Positions 26,940 through 39,079 of a DNA stretch of 64,000 nucleotides are shown here, piece after piece. The notes under the pieces were generated by a model. The model had not been told where the DNA came from and did no database searches. It was given only the letters and a program-made list of their open reading frames with translations. Within the stretch, counting starts at the first letter, position 1; every line of letters starts with the position of its first letter. The translations under genes and the position numbers were made by a program. The DNA lies in assembly GCA_007224835.1 (NCBI GenBank), contig SRMA01025500.1, positions 21,870 through 85,869 on the forward strand, in the 5' to 3' direction. This DNA comes from Danionella cerebrum. Its lineage: Eukaryota.

Positions 26940-27180
26940 GAGGGAGCTAAATAGACCTTTTTTCCTTTAAAGAACCCCTGAAGCTCTTGTTTTGGTTCTT
27001 CACCGGTTCTTTGCCTGTTTGAGGGTGCACTATAGAACTTTTTTCACTTTAAAGAACCCCTTTTGCTCTTTTTGGTTCTTCACTGGTTTGTGTGTGCTAT
27101 AAAGCACTTTTTTGCTCTAAAGAACCCTAAGCTCTTTTTGGTTCATTACTGCTTCTTTGTGGTTTTGTGGTCCTGATATT
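26940..27180. repeat. Tandem repeat, about 60-bp unit x 3.5
   Basis: Iterated 'actttttt..ctttaaagaacccct...gctcttt(g)ttttggttcttcac.ggtt' units. Degenerate relatives continue to about 27440. Confidence 0.5.
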
Positions 27181-27899
27181 AGCGTAAAGAAACTATCATG
27201 GCCTTTTTCGTACTTATGGTTCTAAACCAGTTTTTATCAGATGCTGGTCATAAATATCATGCCAAAAGTGGTTTAGTACATAAATTTGATGTATTCTAAA
27301 TATACAGGTTCATAAAGGTTCTGAATATCACCTTTGAACATTGGTTCTAAATAGCACTTTCAAGATAAGTGTTAAATGGCACCAAAAAGGTTCCACTTGA
27401 AACCAAAAACAAACACATTTGGTTCTACACAGAACTTTTGTTTTTAGGAGTACTGTATAGTAAATCTTAACATTTTAAGAGAAATCATGCGTGAAATCCA
27501 AGCAGTTAGGCGAGGAAGGTACAGTTGAAAATCAGTTTATCATTCATTACAAGAAGTGCACAAATGACCCGAGATAACCTGCATTGTTCTCCAGTTAAAC
27601 ACCAGTGCTCAAGCCCAAACAAACAGGATCTTTTGAGTAACAATTTGGCTTCCAGCATGACCATCTAACTTATCAAACCATGAAATTATATATTAATAAA
27701 AAGGTTCCAAACTATTTATATTCATAAAAAACACACATTATACATATTACTACACGTTAATGTTAAAACAAGCACTTACCCATAACAACAAAGGCTGTAA
27801 CGAACCATTTGATATCCATGGTTGTCCTGCTTTCGGCAACTGATATTAAGTCCAAATATGGATTAAAAAGCGACAATAAATCCCTGTCTTTAAACAGAC

Positions 27900-28480
27900 T
27901 TTGGGGAGCGAGTTGAGCTAGAGTTGTGACCGCGTCGCGTACACCTGTTCGGACCGCGTGCGAGAGCGACCGACTCCACGAAATTCAATTTCTCCCGGGT
28001 CTAATGAATTCCAAGCGGCTACGACGAATATTCTGCCCGTATTTGTTAAAAGACGTTTTTAGTATTTAATAAAACCTTTAGGTCCTCCGACAGATAAAGT
28101 CCTCCGTAGACGAGAGAGCCCGATGCTGTGAGTTCTCCGCTCCGTCGCGTCGCTCTCCTGCAGCCCACGCGTGGTGGAGGAGTGAGTCCGGTTTGACCAG
28201 CTCCCCCTCAGATAAGCGGCTCGCTGCGGTCCTTGAAACTTCCGTTATCTTTGCAGGACGGGTTCGAGGAGACGTACGCGTTCGCCGTGCGTTGCAGAGC
28301 AGTGCGGTGATGCTTCCGTGCGCGCGTTCACCTTCAGCGCTATTGTCACACGCGCGACAAAAGGCAGAAGGCGGCCCTGCCCATCCCGTACTTTCAATCA
28401 CGAGCAGCCTCCGAGGAGGAGACCACAAGGGAAATCCTGCCTAAGACCACTGCGGTGGCAGGGAGTTCAACCCCTCAAAG
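27900..28480. promoter_or_regulatory. CpG island, candidate promoter / 5' end of a host gene
   Basis: GC- and CpG-dense block (gaccgcgtcgcgtacacctgttcggaccgcgtgcgagagcgaccg...gcccacgcgtggtgg...gacgtacgcgttcgccgtgcg...) that contrasts sharply with the flanking AT-rich DNA. It is not part of any repeat copy seen elsewhere in the window. Confidence 0.5.
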
Positions 28481-28746
28481 TCTTACATTCTAAGACAAGT
28501 GGTAATGGTCCACAATTTGAAAAGAACAATTCAGCTCTAGAAATGTAATTTTTGTAAATCTGTTCACTCCTAACTGTTTAAGTTTCTCTTGTTTTGTTTA
28601 TGTCGTCGCGTGGCTTAGGTGAAAGTTGTTAAACATGGAACTTGAACTAGTAACCTATTTCCGTTTGCCTTGCTCGTTCTCATTCAAAGATACTCTAGTC
28701 TAGGCTCAAACTAAACCCCGCCCCCATGACGTAACATCACACTTAA

Positions 28747-29341
28747 CCCCTCCTTTCACCAGGTAAATAAAACAAGTACAATTTACCTCTAAAACTGTTT
28801 TTTGTGACAATGCTTGATATAGTTTTGTAATACAACCGCAGCTTCTTTTTTTATTTTACAAATATGTTTTTCATTACATTACACAATAATTTCAAAACAA
28901 ACCTAAAATTGTACCGGGAAAAAAAAAACAATTTAAAATTTTTAACTGTTAAATGTTTTAATTTTTTCCATCTGTTTTTATTTTTTATAACAATAATAAC
29001 AAAATAACATTTCATAATAAGATAAAATAACAATTCATAAATCATCCCAAAAAAAGAATGAAAATTATAGAAATACACCAAAAGAACATTTCATAAACCG
29101 TATACACTGTTCCAAGTACTTTTTGTGCCATAGCATTGGAAAAAACAAGCCATATTACAGGTTTTGTACTTCCTATGGTTATCTCTTCTTCTCACCACTA
29201 GATGGCACCAATCTTTTAATCTATGTTCAAAACAGAAATTATAAAAACGAATAACCTTTTTGAAACCTACCCATAATATTTGATATAAAAGTCAAATAAT
29301 AGGTGGGTTGCGTCACCAGGTTGCGCAGAAACGTCTAAGCG
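28747..29341. mobile_element. piggyBac-like MITE, copy 3 (TTAA at 28743-28746)
   Basis: Shares 'tcttctcaccactagatggcacc', 'cctttttgaaacctacccataatatttgatataaaagtc' and the end '..ggtgggttgcgtcaccaggttgcgcag' with the other copies. Confidence 0.45.
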
Positions 29342-29544
29342 TTTAACATACAAATAACTTCATGTTTAGTGTTATATCTTCTGTAAAAAAGGAATTACAG
29401 ATACATAAAATGTACAATGTATAAAAGTCAATATTTCAAAAAAGTATTTTTAACGAATCACTGAGAAGGTGTTTTCTTCTCTGGGAGATCAATATTAGAA
29501 GTAACACTGTTTTTTCATGAGCTTTTCTAAATGAAGTACTGGTG

Positions 29545-29799
29545 TGGGCAGCACGGTGGCGCAGTGGATAGCACTGCGGCCTTCCAGTTAGAAGGTTGCT
29601 GTTTCAAGGTTTGCTGGTGACCTTCCTGCAAGTAGTTTGCATGTTCTCCCCCGTTTCTCTGGGTTCCCCAACAATCCCAAAAACTTGCATGTGAGTGTGT
29701 GTTGTCCTGCAATAGACCAGTGATGTGAGCTGGAGATAGGCCCCAGCAGACCCCCGTGACCCCGAAAGGGAATAAGCGGGATGGAAAATGAATGAATGA
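29545..29799 (+). mobile_element. tRNA-derived SINE, full-length copy
   Basis: Head 'gggcagcacggtggcgcagtggatagcactgcggccttccagttagaaggttgctgtttcaaggtttgctggtgacc' with tRNA-like A/B boxes. Then 'gtttgcatgttctccc', then core, then 'gaaaatgaatgaatga'. Confidence 0.7.
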
Positions 29800-31689
29800 T
29801 TGATAAAGTACTGGTGTGAGTCCATCCTGGGTTTGTTCCTGGTGTTTTAAAAAGAAGATGGGTAATGCTGAATAAAGCATCAACTTTGCCATATGGTCAT
29901 TCACTTAACCAAAAAAGTGGCGGTATGGTGGTGTTGGTTATTCTAGCAAGCCACTGTTAATAATGCGGCTAAAAGGTTACACGTTTTAACGTTTTGGTTT
30001 TAAAGGTTTGGTAACAAAGGTTACAAGAGATATGACACTATTAACAAGTGACACGATGTGCAATCATCTTTCAGTTTACGGACTCCAAATCGGTGCCATC
30101 AGTGCCATCTTGGGATGAAAACCCTTGGAAGCACAATACCTGTGATATAAGACAATTTAATTCTCAGAATTTTTTTTAACAATTTCTTGATTGTTTTGAA
30201 CTAGAAAAAGTATATCAAGCACTGACACAAAAAAAACTGTTTAAAAATAAAATTTCTTAGAGCAAATTCGTGAAATGCTCAAAATGGCTGCAGACTTGCC
30301 GTAATAACTTGACTGAACAAACGAGATGTTATAGATGTCTCTCTGACATTACTTTTATCTCTTGATGTATTGCAAAACACTAAACCATCTCTGTTTACAT
30401 CAACAACTGACAGCCGTCTTAAGTTATATGTAACATTTAATAATGTGATAGGATTTGGATTGATTTTGTTAAGCATCATCATTGTTAAGTGCCTTGCTAA
30501 AAGACCTAGCGATGCCGCCTGGAGCCAAAAAACTCAATTTCCTGGGCAAAAGCTTTACTCGGGTTCCCAACTCAGCAATTCAAGCTTCCTGTTTATAGCA
30601 TAATAACATATGTATCATTTATAATGCAGTATGGTTGTCATAAACATATAAACCCTTATCTTTTCAAATGCACAGATTGTTTTAGTTTAGTTTGTTCCTA
30701 CACAGAATTCACACATATGCAGCTACATTTATAAATATTTATAATATAGCTGTCCCGCTGTAACAGGATGAGTGGAAAGCAAGCACTGCAGCTAAGATGT
30801 ACTGTTACATGGTTTAATTCACTCAAGAAACAAGGAGTGAGGAGTACAGTGCCTCAAAAACCAATCATTGACAAAAAGAAACTGGGTGCAGAGGGACTAA
30901 ATACACATGGAAATCAAGACAACGAGGGAGTGACCGGATGTAAACAATGCGCTAACAGGTGGGGAACTAATGACCATGTGAAAACCAGAGACACTAAGTT
31001 CTGACAGTACCCTTGGCATGGCATCAGAGACATATCCAGCTGTATCTGCACCACTCTCAAAACACCAGCATGAGACTGGTGGGGTGGAGTCAAACAATTA
31101 TAATGCTCGTCACTACAGAATGTACTGTGGTGACACAAAGTTCGTAGGTTTGTGTGAGTTTCTTCACGCAGACATCTCCAGACCGTTCTAATGCTGGTGT
31201 CCCTGAAGTGATAATCACGTGATGTGGCTGCAGCTGGATTTTAATTTGTCCAAGGAGTGGGTTTGGGGCACAAGGGAACACACAGTCTTTGGGTGGGGGC
31301 AGTTCAAAGAAAAAGCTGGCATTTCAGAGGTTGAACCGACACCTGGTGGGTTGCTGAAAACCGATGCTCTGCCTAGGAGTTACTCAACTGAGCTGACACC
31401 AAGAACCCGGAGGGCTGTGAAGGTGCATGCATGATCTTTTTCATGGCGACTTAGGGTGTGGGGGTAGTGGGGTGGGAGATGGAGTTCATTCAAGCCTCTA
31501 TGACAGACTTAAGCCGGTCTAGACTGTGAGGTGACAACCTCCGAAAGTGGAGCTATAGGGGCGAGGAAGGATTCAAGACTGGAGGATCAAGGCTGTAGGG
31601 TCATGGACAATGGTAAAGCATGGGGACATGTTTGCATGTCCAAAAAGAGAACATAGAGAGAGGGTTTCCAATCTTTTAGTTTGACAGCA

Positions 31690-31870
31690 AGTGGGTGGGT
31701 GGGAAAGGAACTTTTGGCTGGACCCTGCAGTGGATCCAGACTCAGGCACGGAGAAAGATGTGAATGTTTCCTGGAGGAAACCCCCAGAGGAAAGCATGGG
31801 GAGAACATGCAAACCCCTTCCTGGAAGGTCACCGGCAAGCCTCGAACCGAGAACCCTACAGTGTTATGCC
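31690..31870 (-). mobile_element. SINE fragment (antisense), same family
   Basis: Reverse complement of 'ggagaacatgcaaacc..ccagggaaac' and 'ggtcaccggcaagcctcgaaccgagaaccc' (tRNA-like head). Confidence 0.45.
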
Positions 31871-32949
31871 CTACAAATATTGTGATGCACATTGTATCAT
31901 GGACAGAATGTCGAGGTATGATGCAATTTAAGGCTCTTTCAGCTGCATAACCTTACATTACCTCCTTCCTTTATCTATCTGCATGTTTTCTCATCCTTCT
32001 TGTGAAAAGCCAGCTTTACATTTAAATTCCCATCATGAGGAAAGGACGATTATGTCATGGTCAGTTCTTAAAGCTTTGAGTCGACTTCAAGGAGCAACCC
32101 ATACACAGTGTTGTTGCTTCAGGGAGAAACATTTGCAAAGACATTTCATCTGACGTTTGCATATTTTTGCAGAGCATTCAGAGATAAATAAATCATTCAT
32201 TCCCTCCATTGCTTTGGGAGCTCATTTTAGCTCATCGGGAAAACTGAGCTAAGCTGGAAGGCTATGGTGTTTTTCTCTCAGTCTTCATTTATGTCTTGCA
32301 TATGATTACACTTTGGAAAATGTAAAGATTAAACATCACAATGAAGCCTCTGCGACCAAGTAGTCTAAAATAATTACATAAGATAGAATTAATTTAAAAA
32401 AATCCAAATGGAATTTTAAAATCTAAAATTATATTATGTTCCTGAACCTAAAAGTGGACATTTACAACACAAACATGCCTTTGTTTTGTTTAGCATTTGT
32501 CCCATTCTTTGCAACAGAATCTTCAAACTTTATTGGAAGTCATTCAACCAGCTTCTGCTTCATTCAACTCCAGTTTTTGGTTCTGCCTAATATGGTTCTC
32601 TTAGAATATTCAGTCTGAAGCTTCGTGCGACAATGTGCCTCGATCGAATACTGTGGGCACCAACACACACATCTGAGCGAACGAGTGGTAAGAATGAGAA
32701 TCGCCTCCCTGACCGGCAGTGTTCCCAAAGAGCAGTTTCCCAAAAGCAAGATGATATGACTGCGCATATTGTGTTTCATCTACGTCTGCACAACTTTGAT
32801 TCTTTTGATATTTGGCACCAGTTTATCAGAAAGTGCCAATTTTGTGTTTTTGCGCTCATTGGATGGAAACTGTGCTTTTTCGCAAATATTTTATACAACA
32901 TTTCAGTTTTGCGCATGAATTTTACTCTGCTGAAACATATGCCATGCAC

Positions 32950-33268
32950 CATTCATTCATTTTTCAACCCGCTTATTTCCAACCGGGTTTGCCGGTGCCT
33001 ATCACATTGGGCGAGAGGTGGGGGTACACCCTGGACAGGTCACCGGTCCTTCGCAGGGCAACATTCACACCTGACAGTGAATTTAGATTATTCAATTAAC
33101 CTAACTGCATGTTTTTGGGATTGTGGGGGAAACCGGAGTACCCAGAGGAAACCCACGCAAGCACAGGGAGAACATGCAAACTCCTTGCAGGAAGGTCACT
33201 GGCAAGCCTTGAACTGGCAACCTCCTTACTGGAACGCAACAATGCTACCCACAGCACCACCATGGCTC
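32950..33268 (-). mobile_element. tRNA-derived SINE, full-length copy, minus orientation
   Basis: Exact reverse-complement organisation of the 26.6-kb copy: 'cattcattcattttt..ccgcttatttcc..gggcgagaggtgggggtacaccctggacaggtcaccgg...ggagaacatgcaaactcc...ggagccatggtggtgctgtgggtagc'. Confidence 0.7.
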
Positions 33269-34548
33269 CATTCAAATATTTTCATATTAACAAAACCAAA
33301 CTGGAACAATACAAATATTCAAATTAGTTAATATCATAAATAAAATTTGCATTTTTGTTGTTTTTCTGTGCTTTATCTGTTTGAAATATTTTGGGACAAC
33401 CGTTCTCTCAGGCAAATAACTACCTTCATTTCAGCAAGTAAGTTATGTCTTCAGATGCTGTATTTGTGAGCAACCAATAGAAAATACCTTGTGAAAATGA
33501 TAGAAGACCTTTTAGAGAAATATTATTGAATATTTCAGTTTTTTTGTTAACTTCCCCCATGACTTATGCACAGTCTATTTGAATAAATCATGACATCCTT
33601 TGCCAAAAGGGCTTTCGTGGCTCTTCAAAGTGCACATTAACAAGCTGTAAGAAGGAGAAAATGGGCCTTTTCTCATTTTCTCCTCTCCCTTTCTAATACG
33701 GCAGTGCTGACAACAGAATGTGAGGTCAATAGGACCTGGCACAGTAATATCTCTTCTACGCGAAATTAGAGTTTAATGAAACAGGATATGAGAACACTCT
33801 GACATGGCAATGCGTATGTCATTGAAGAGGCAATTCTTCCTCGTCTCCAGCCGGGACAGAGGCTTTCACACAAGCTCTCCATCCTTCGTGGAGGAGACTG
33901 ATTCCTCACGGAGAGGAAGAAATCGCTCTTTATTGTGACTCCTGAAGGGACTGATCTGTAAATTGATGCAACAAAAGGACTTACAACAGCTTGCAAGACC
34001 ATGGGAGATTGTGACAGGCGAAGCCAGAGGAACCATCTAAGATGTCTAAAAACTGTTCTCACATGATGATAGTCCTGGAAATTTATAGACAGATTTTTTA
34101 GCTACGGGACAAGATGATGTGAGGCTGTGCAAACGCTTTTTCCAGTCTTCTCTATTTTTTTGTTTCACAGAATGCAGTTCATCTAAATTATTTTGTGTTT
34201 TCAGAATGCTCTTCTAGACTTTGTGTTTCATTGATCCCTACAATTCTAAACACGAATGTGTATTTCACAGAATAAAGTGTGGTTAAGCATTTAAGATCTT
34301 AACCACTTTTTATTTACATTTAAAATCAAATGAGGTTATGTTATCTGATGCCCATAGCAGGGGGTAACAGCTTCTGTATTTCTGAGCATGTTTCCTGGAA
34401 GGTAAATGAAGCCACCTCCTATAATAATACATTGTAAAAAGACTCTATTCAAAATAGTTGACTAATTTGCAAGCAGAGTGTCAAATATTAAGTGCCACGT
34501 GTAGGTTGAAGCCCAGTCATGGAATGAAATAAAAACAGGCTTAATAGT

Positions 34549-34790
34549 GTGTTTAGGAGCAGCCAAAATCTGCACCAAGGTGAGGTTGAGAAAGACATTA
34601 TTGTCATGGAAAGATTGAGAACAGCAACAAGACAGAAGGTAGTTATACTGCATCGACAAGGTCTCAAGATTTCAAAGACTATTGGTTCAAGATGTGCAGT
34701 TGAAGCTCTTCAAGGAAAACAGCAAGATTTAGGATCGTTGATACAGTGTTTGCCCAAGGAAACTTGTGAAGTAGATGCAAAGAACATTTA
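34549..34790 (+). mobile_element. Tc1-like transposon, 5' fragment (transposase N-terminal HTH)
   Basis: Encodes MERLRTATRQKVVILHRQGLKISKTIGSRCAVEALQGKQQDL (compare Tc1 SEDLRLRIVAAHKAGKGYKTISK...). It is abruptly replaced at 34791 by the terminus of a piggyBac-like MITE. Confidence 0.5.
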
Positions 34791-35237
34791 CCCTTAGAAA
34801 GTCTGGGGCCTTTTAGAGCGTTTTTTTTATTTTTTTACTCTAATAAATTGCCCTTAAACCAGTTTTGTTGTGGCAGACTTGAGATAAAAAAACTTGAGAA
34901 TTAACAGTTTTTATGTTTTATAGCAAAACACTAAAACATTGGGACAAAAAAGAATCATAAATCCCCCCGAAAAGCAAAGACAAGATCAAAAAAAGTGAAA
35001 ATTGTTTAAAAAAAAAACAGGCGAACATTCAGTTCCAGCATTTTAACTCAAGCCATCTCACAGGTCTAGGACTTACAAGGGTTATCCCTTCTTTTCACCA
35101 CTAGATGGCACTCATGGCATTGATTTGGAGTCTATAAAATGAAACCGAAAGACATTTTCATTTTTGTCATAATTCTTGTAATGTTTCTTTAAAACCAAAA
35201 ATATCAAAGTGAATGACCTTATTGAAACCTACATATT
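34791..35237. mobile_element. piggyBac-like MITE, copy 4 (terminus CCCTTAGAAAGTCTGGGGCC)
   Basis: Best match to the canonical piggyBac end. Contains 'tcttttcaccactagatggcactcatggcattgatttggagtctataaaatgaaaccgaaagaca'. Followed by (GA)n. Confidence 0.5.
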
Positions 35238-35243
35238 ATATTT

Positions 35244-35278
35244 GAGAGAGAGAGAGGGAGAGGGAGAGAGAGAGATTA
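35244..35278. repeat. (GA)n microsatellite, imperfect
   Basis: gagagagagagagggagagggagagagagagagat. Confidence 0.85.
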
Positions 35279-38200
35279 TTATATTATTTAATATATTGAA
35301 TTACTACATCAAGCACATAAAACTGTCAAAGGGCTGGACGAAGAGATTTAGAAAAAAGGAAAATGCTCATTGCTTTATTTAATGCCTGAGATTATTTAAA
35401 TGATGACTGGGAATTGATCCCGATATAATTGAGTAACGTTCATTCGCAGTAACAAGTCCTCTCTAATGCACTCTTTCATGCTCATGGCAGCAGGATCATC
35501 AGACATGCTCTTTGTTCTTTCCATTCATTACCGTCTTCCTGTGTGTTGATAATCTCTGACTCTTTGTAGAATACAGGTGATCATCACGATGAGCTGCTTT
35601 GCAACTCCACCAGCATCACATTTACTTCGAGGATGTGTTATTTTTGATACAGTCCAGGAATCCCAAAACAAAACAAACACAACAAAAAGTTCATCAAGTG
35701 GCTGGGAGTCTGGATCATTAAGACTAGGAATATTGGTTACTAAAAAGAAGATAATATATATCATCTTAAAATATAATTATCAGAATATCCTCAAAAAAAT
35801 GTGACCAGAAAATTGTCAAATGAGGATTGTGTTGCCAAAATCCAATATCGTTACTCTTGAAGTCAAACACAAAGTATGTATCTATATAAAACTATTGACT
35901 TGATGTCTGTGACGTCAACCACAGGATTCTGATGGAGGCTCAAATTAGTACATTTTGTAAGTGCATCCCTTTTCTTTGTTTACAAAGACCAAAGGTGATG
36001 GTGTAACTGTAATGAATTCTCCCCACACTTATGTTGGTTTCGTTCCATACGCCAAAAAACACCAGGCAGCTAAAATATCTGGGCATAAATGAATGCTGCT
36101 ACTAGGCAAGAGCTGGGGTTAGAACGGCAGTCTATGAGCTCCTTCAACTGCCTCCTTGAGTTTGCATAAACAACATACCTCTGACCAATCAGAAACTATA
36201 GTTAACACAGTTAGTTACTTAATATCACCTAAATTATTTTAGAAACATGTTTTTTCAAAGTATTTTTAAAGCTTTTGTTGTATTTTCCACAAAAGGTATC
36301 GGTCAAGGAGCAATAAGTGACGTGGTGGCGTTTTAACAGCTATAGTTTATTTTATAACGAAGTAAATCATAAAGATACTGTTGATGGCAGGAACAGAGGG
36401 AAATGCTTACTTTTGAGACCTTAGATCTACCACCCATCTTGTACATTCACAGGTTAAGGGGTGTCCCGTTTCTTTTTTAATCAAAGCAAAGGGTTGTATA
36501 TCCCTTAATCTGTGCAGAGGGATTGAGGAATGGTAAGATGACCACCAGAAACCCAAATATACAAGTCATTTTTGTCATTTATAAACATTTGAAATCCCTG
36601 AAACACATAATATTACGTTGTTTGTTTGTTTGTTTCATGCTAATATATAGGTCAGCGAAAGTACAGAACTGTCAAGTAAGTACAGTTACTTGAGTAAGGA
36701 GAAAGGGCATGATATCAGAAACTATTTACACTTTATTTACAAAATATATAGAGGTTTAAAAAAAGTCATGCACCCCTTAAAGGGAAAGGTCTTATCATTC
36801 TGAGGCCAATCACAGGAAGAAGCCAGGAATACGGGGAACCACCATGTCATCAGAGTTCTGTACTAAGCTGGAGATGAGCTGACCCAGAGGAGACCCCAGC
36901 AAACCACTGCAGTAGATTGGCTAACGATCTTGGCCCAGAGGAGACTGCATAGGATCTACATCGAGCTGCCACAAAGAGCTATAAGCTCAGGAGAATCCAG
37001 CAGGCAGGAAGTGATCATCAGGAGTCAGGGTGTGTGAACTGTAGATCAGACATTGATTAAGTGCATGGATGATCCTTTTGATACTGCGTGAAAGGAATCG
37101 CATCCGACAATGCGAAAGCAGAATTCACAAACTATGCAATCATGACGTTCTTTCTGTTGGGATGAACTTTAACCTGCGATAATGCATCACATGGTGAGAT
37201 TTGAGTACCCAGATTGGAGAGGATACATGCGTGAGCTTTTTGTTTACTCAATATGTACTTTGTAATCAACAATGCTGTTTTGTGGGTGGAGTTATAATGG
37301 ACGCAGCTACATTGTTTAGGAGTTTTGACCCCTTTGACAGAGGGAGGAGGGATTAGCCGAGTGCTCTGATTGGTTGATCATTTCAACAATGATAAAAAAG
37401 CATGCTTTACAGGAGCAATGGACCTTTTTTTAGCCTACTAGCATTAATGTTACACAGTAGACTCATGCATGGTGCATAAAAGTTTCATTTGATTCTATTT
37501 ATATGTTTTAAAAATGTAAAAACAACCAAGAGTGATGCGTTTACAGATCCCTCATTTGGCTGACGTACCAAGGATTCATAGAGGTACATCATCAGCCTCT
37601 CCTCTAGCCCTCTGTTTCAAGAACCATGGGATAGGGATAGAAATAAGTGAGAAAAAGGGAATTCCACCTAATAAAGGGCTGAGTAATAAGAGAAATCAAC
37701 TAAAACAGACAAGTTGAATTCGCAATTGTTTGCATGTCTGAAGTGAGGGCACCATCCTTCCTGTAGACACATACTTTCTAGTCTGTCACTACACAAAACA
37801 CACTGCTATTATCATTATACATTCAGCCGCTAAAGACCAATGTGTTCCTTCTGTCAGATTCAATATCTCCTTCAGCAGTTGTAGATATGAATTGTTTGCT
37901 CTCATTAAATTTCGGCTGCACACAGAGCCTCACCTGCTCAATGCCAGTCACTCCTCACTAGAAGATCAGCCTCGTATGATCCCGGCATATGCCCATCACT
38001 CATGCTGTTGGACATTTCACTCTACAGTCATTTTTATTTTGCCGATCAAAGAGTGAGTGAAAGCTGCATGGTTTGGAAAGCCCAGTGAAGGTGAAGCGTT
38101 TACTGGAGTGTGTGGAAGAGGAGGTGGATAAGAAAGATGAAAGGGCTGACGAGGGAGGCACGTGAATTGCTGATGAATAATGTCCCTCACTGAAATTCAT

Positions 38201-38699
38201 TTTCTCCATTCGGTTTAAGTCCACTCCAAAGCTACAAGTATGAGGTTTGTGAGTGTATATTTCCTATTAATAACATACTCCAAGCCTCCAAGGTTTCCAT
38301 GTATAGAGCTCTTCTCATGTTTGTTTATCATGTTTTAATATTAACAAAATCACAGTGGAGACTCTATACAGAAAAACGTTCACATTTTCTTGCGTCTAAC
38401 TTGTTGTTCCACACCAACCACTCTAGTAAACACTTGCAAATCAGGACACACCAATAACTCCCATAGGAGAGCAACGTGGTCATGGTGTTGCTAGAGTACC
38501 CCCCCCCCCCTTATAGTAAGTACACAGGATTTGGGGTAGCCCTGCCACATTGGTCCTGTCTACGAAAACTCAATTGAAAACAAGGACTTGAATGGGAAAA
38601 TGGATTATCTGTGGAGCTTCCATTCAAGCTCCATCCAGTGCAAAAGATACTTTCAAAGTGGGACCAACTCCTAGCCACTTGAGGGTCTTAATCCAGAGA

Positions 38700-38900
38700 A
38701 ATTTTACTTGTTTTGTGACACGGTGTGGAGCGCTCTGATCATCACCACCCCCAGATGACATTTACATTTATGTATTTAGCAGACTCTTTTATCCAAAGCG
38801 ACTTACATTGGGAGTAAACATCAAGCAGTTTGGTACAAAGTGGATTGATCAGAAGACATACACATAGAACACTTTCAAGCTAGTACAGAAAATGAATTCA
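38700..38900 (+). repeat. Teleost SINE-like repeat head ('gacatttacatttatgtatttagcagac..tttatccaaagcgacttaca')
   Basis: I recognise this motif as a very widespread fish interspersed repeat. No termini are defined here. Confidence 0.3.
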
Positions 38901-39079
38901 AATCAGTGCTTCAGAGGGTTTTTTTTTTAAGTTAAGTTAGTAAATGCGATGATATGTGTAGAAGGGGGGAAGCTGAGTCGGAGATGGGATCAGTCTTTAA
39001 AGTCATGAGGCGATGCCTCCTGAAACATGTTCAATTAATTAAACAATCAGTTTAATCTGCATATAGGAATATAATCTGT

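Noticed and set aside
28078-28548. ORFs 28078-28428 (-), 28193-28444 (+), 28318-28548 (+) in the CpG island
   Set aside because: Arg/Pro/Ala-rich translations are typical of CpG-island non-coding sequence. They overlap on both strands and show no recognisable domain. I treat the region as promoter/5' UTR instead.
32633-33331. 232-aa plus-strand ORF
   Set aside because: About half of it is the antisense of a SINE copy (32950-33268). The translation contains SINE-derived 'WARGGGTPWTG' and similar, as do ORFs 26707-26931 and 52168-52353. It is a repeat artefact.
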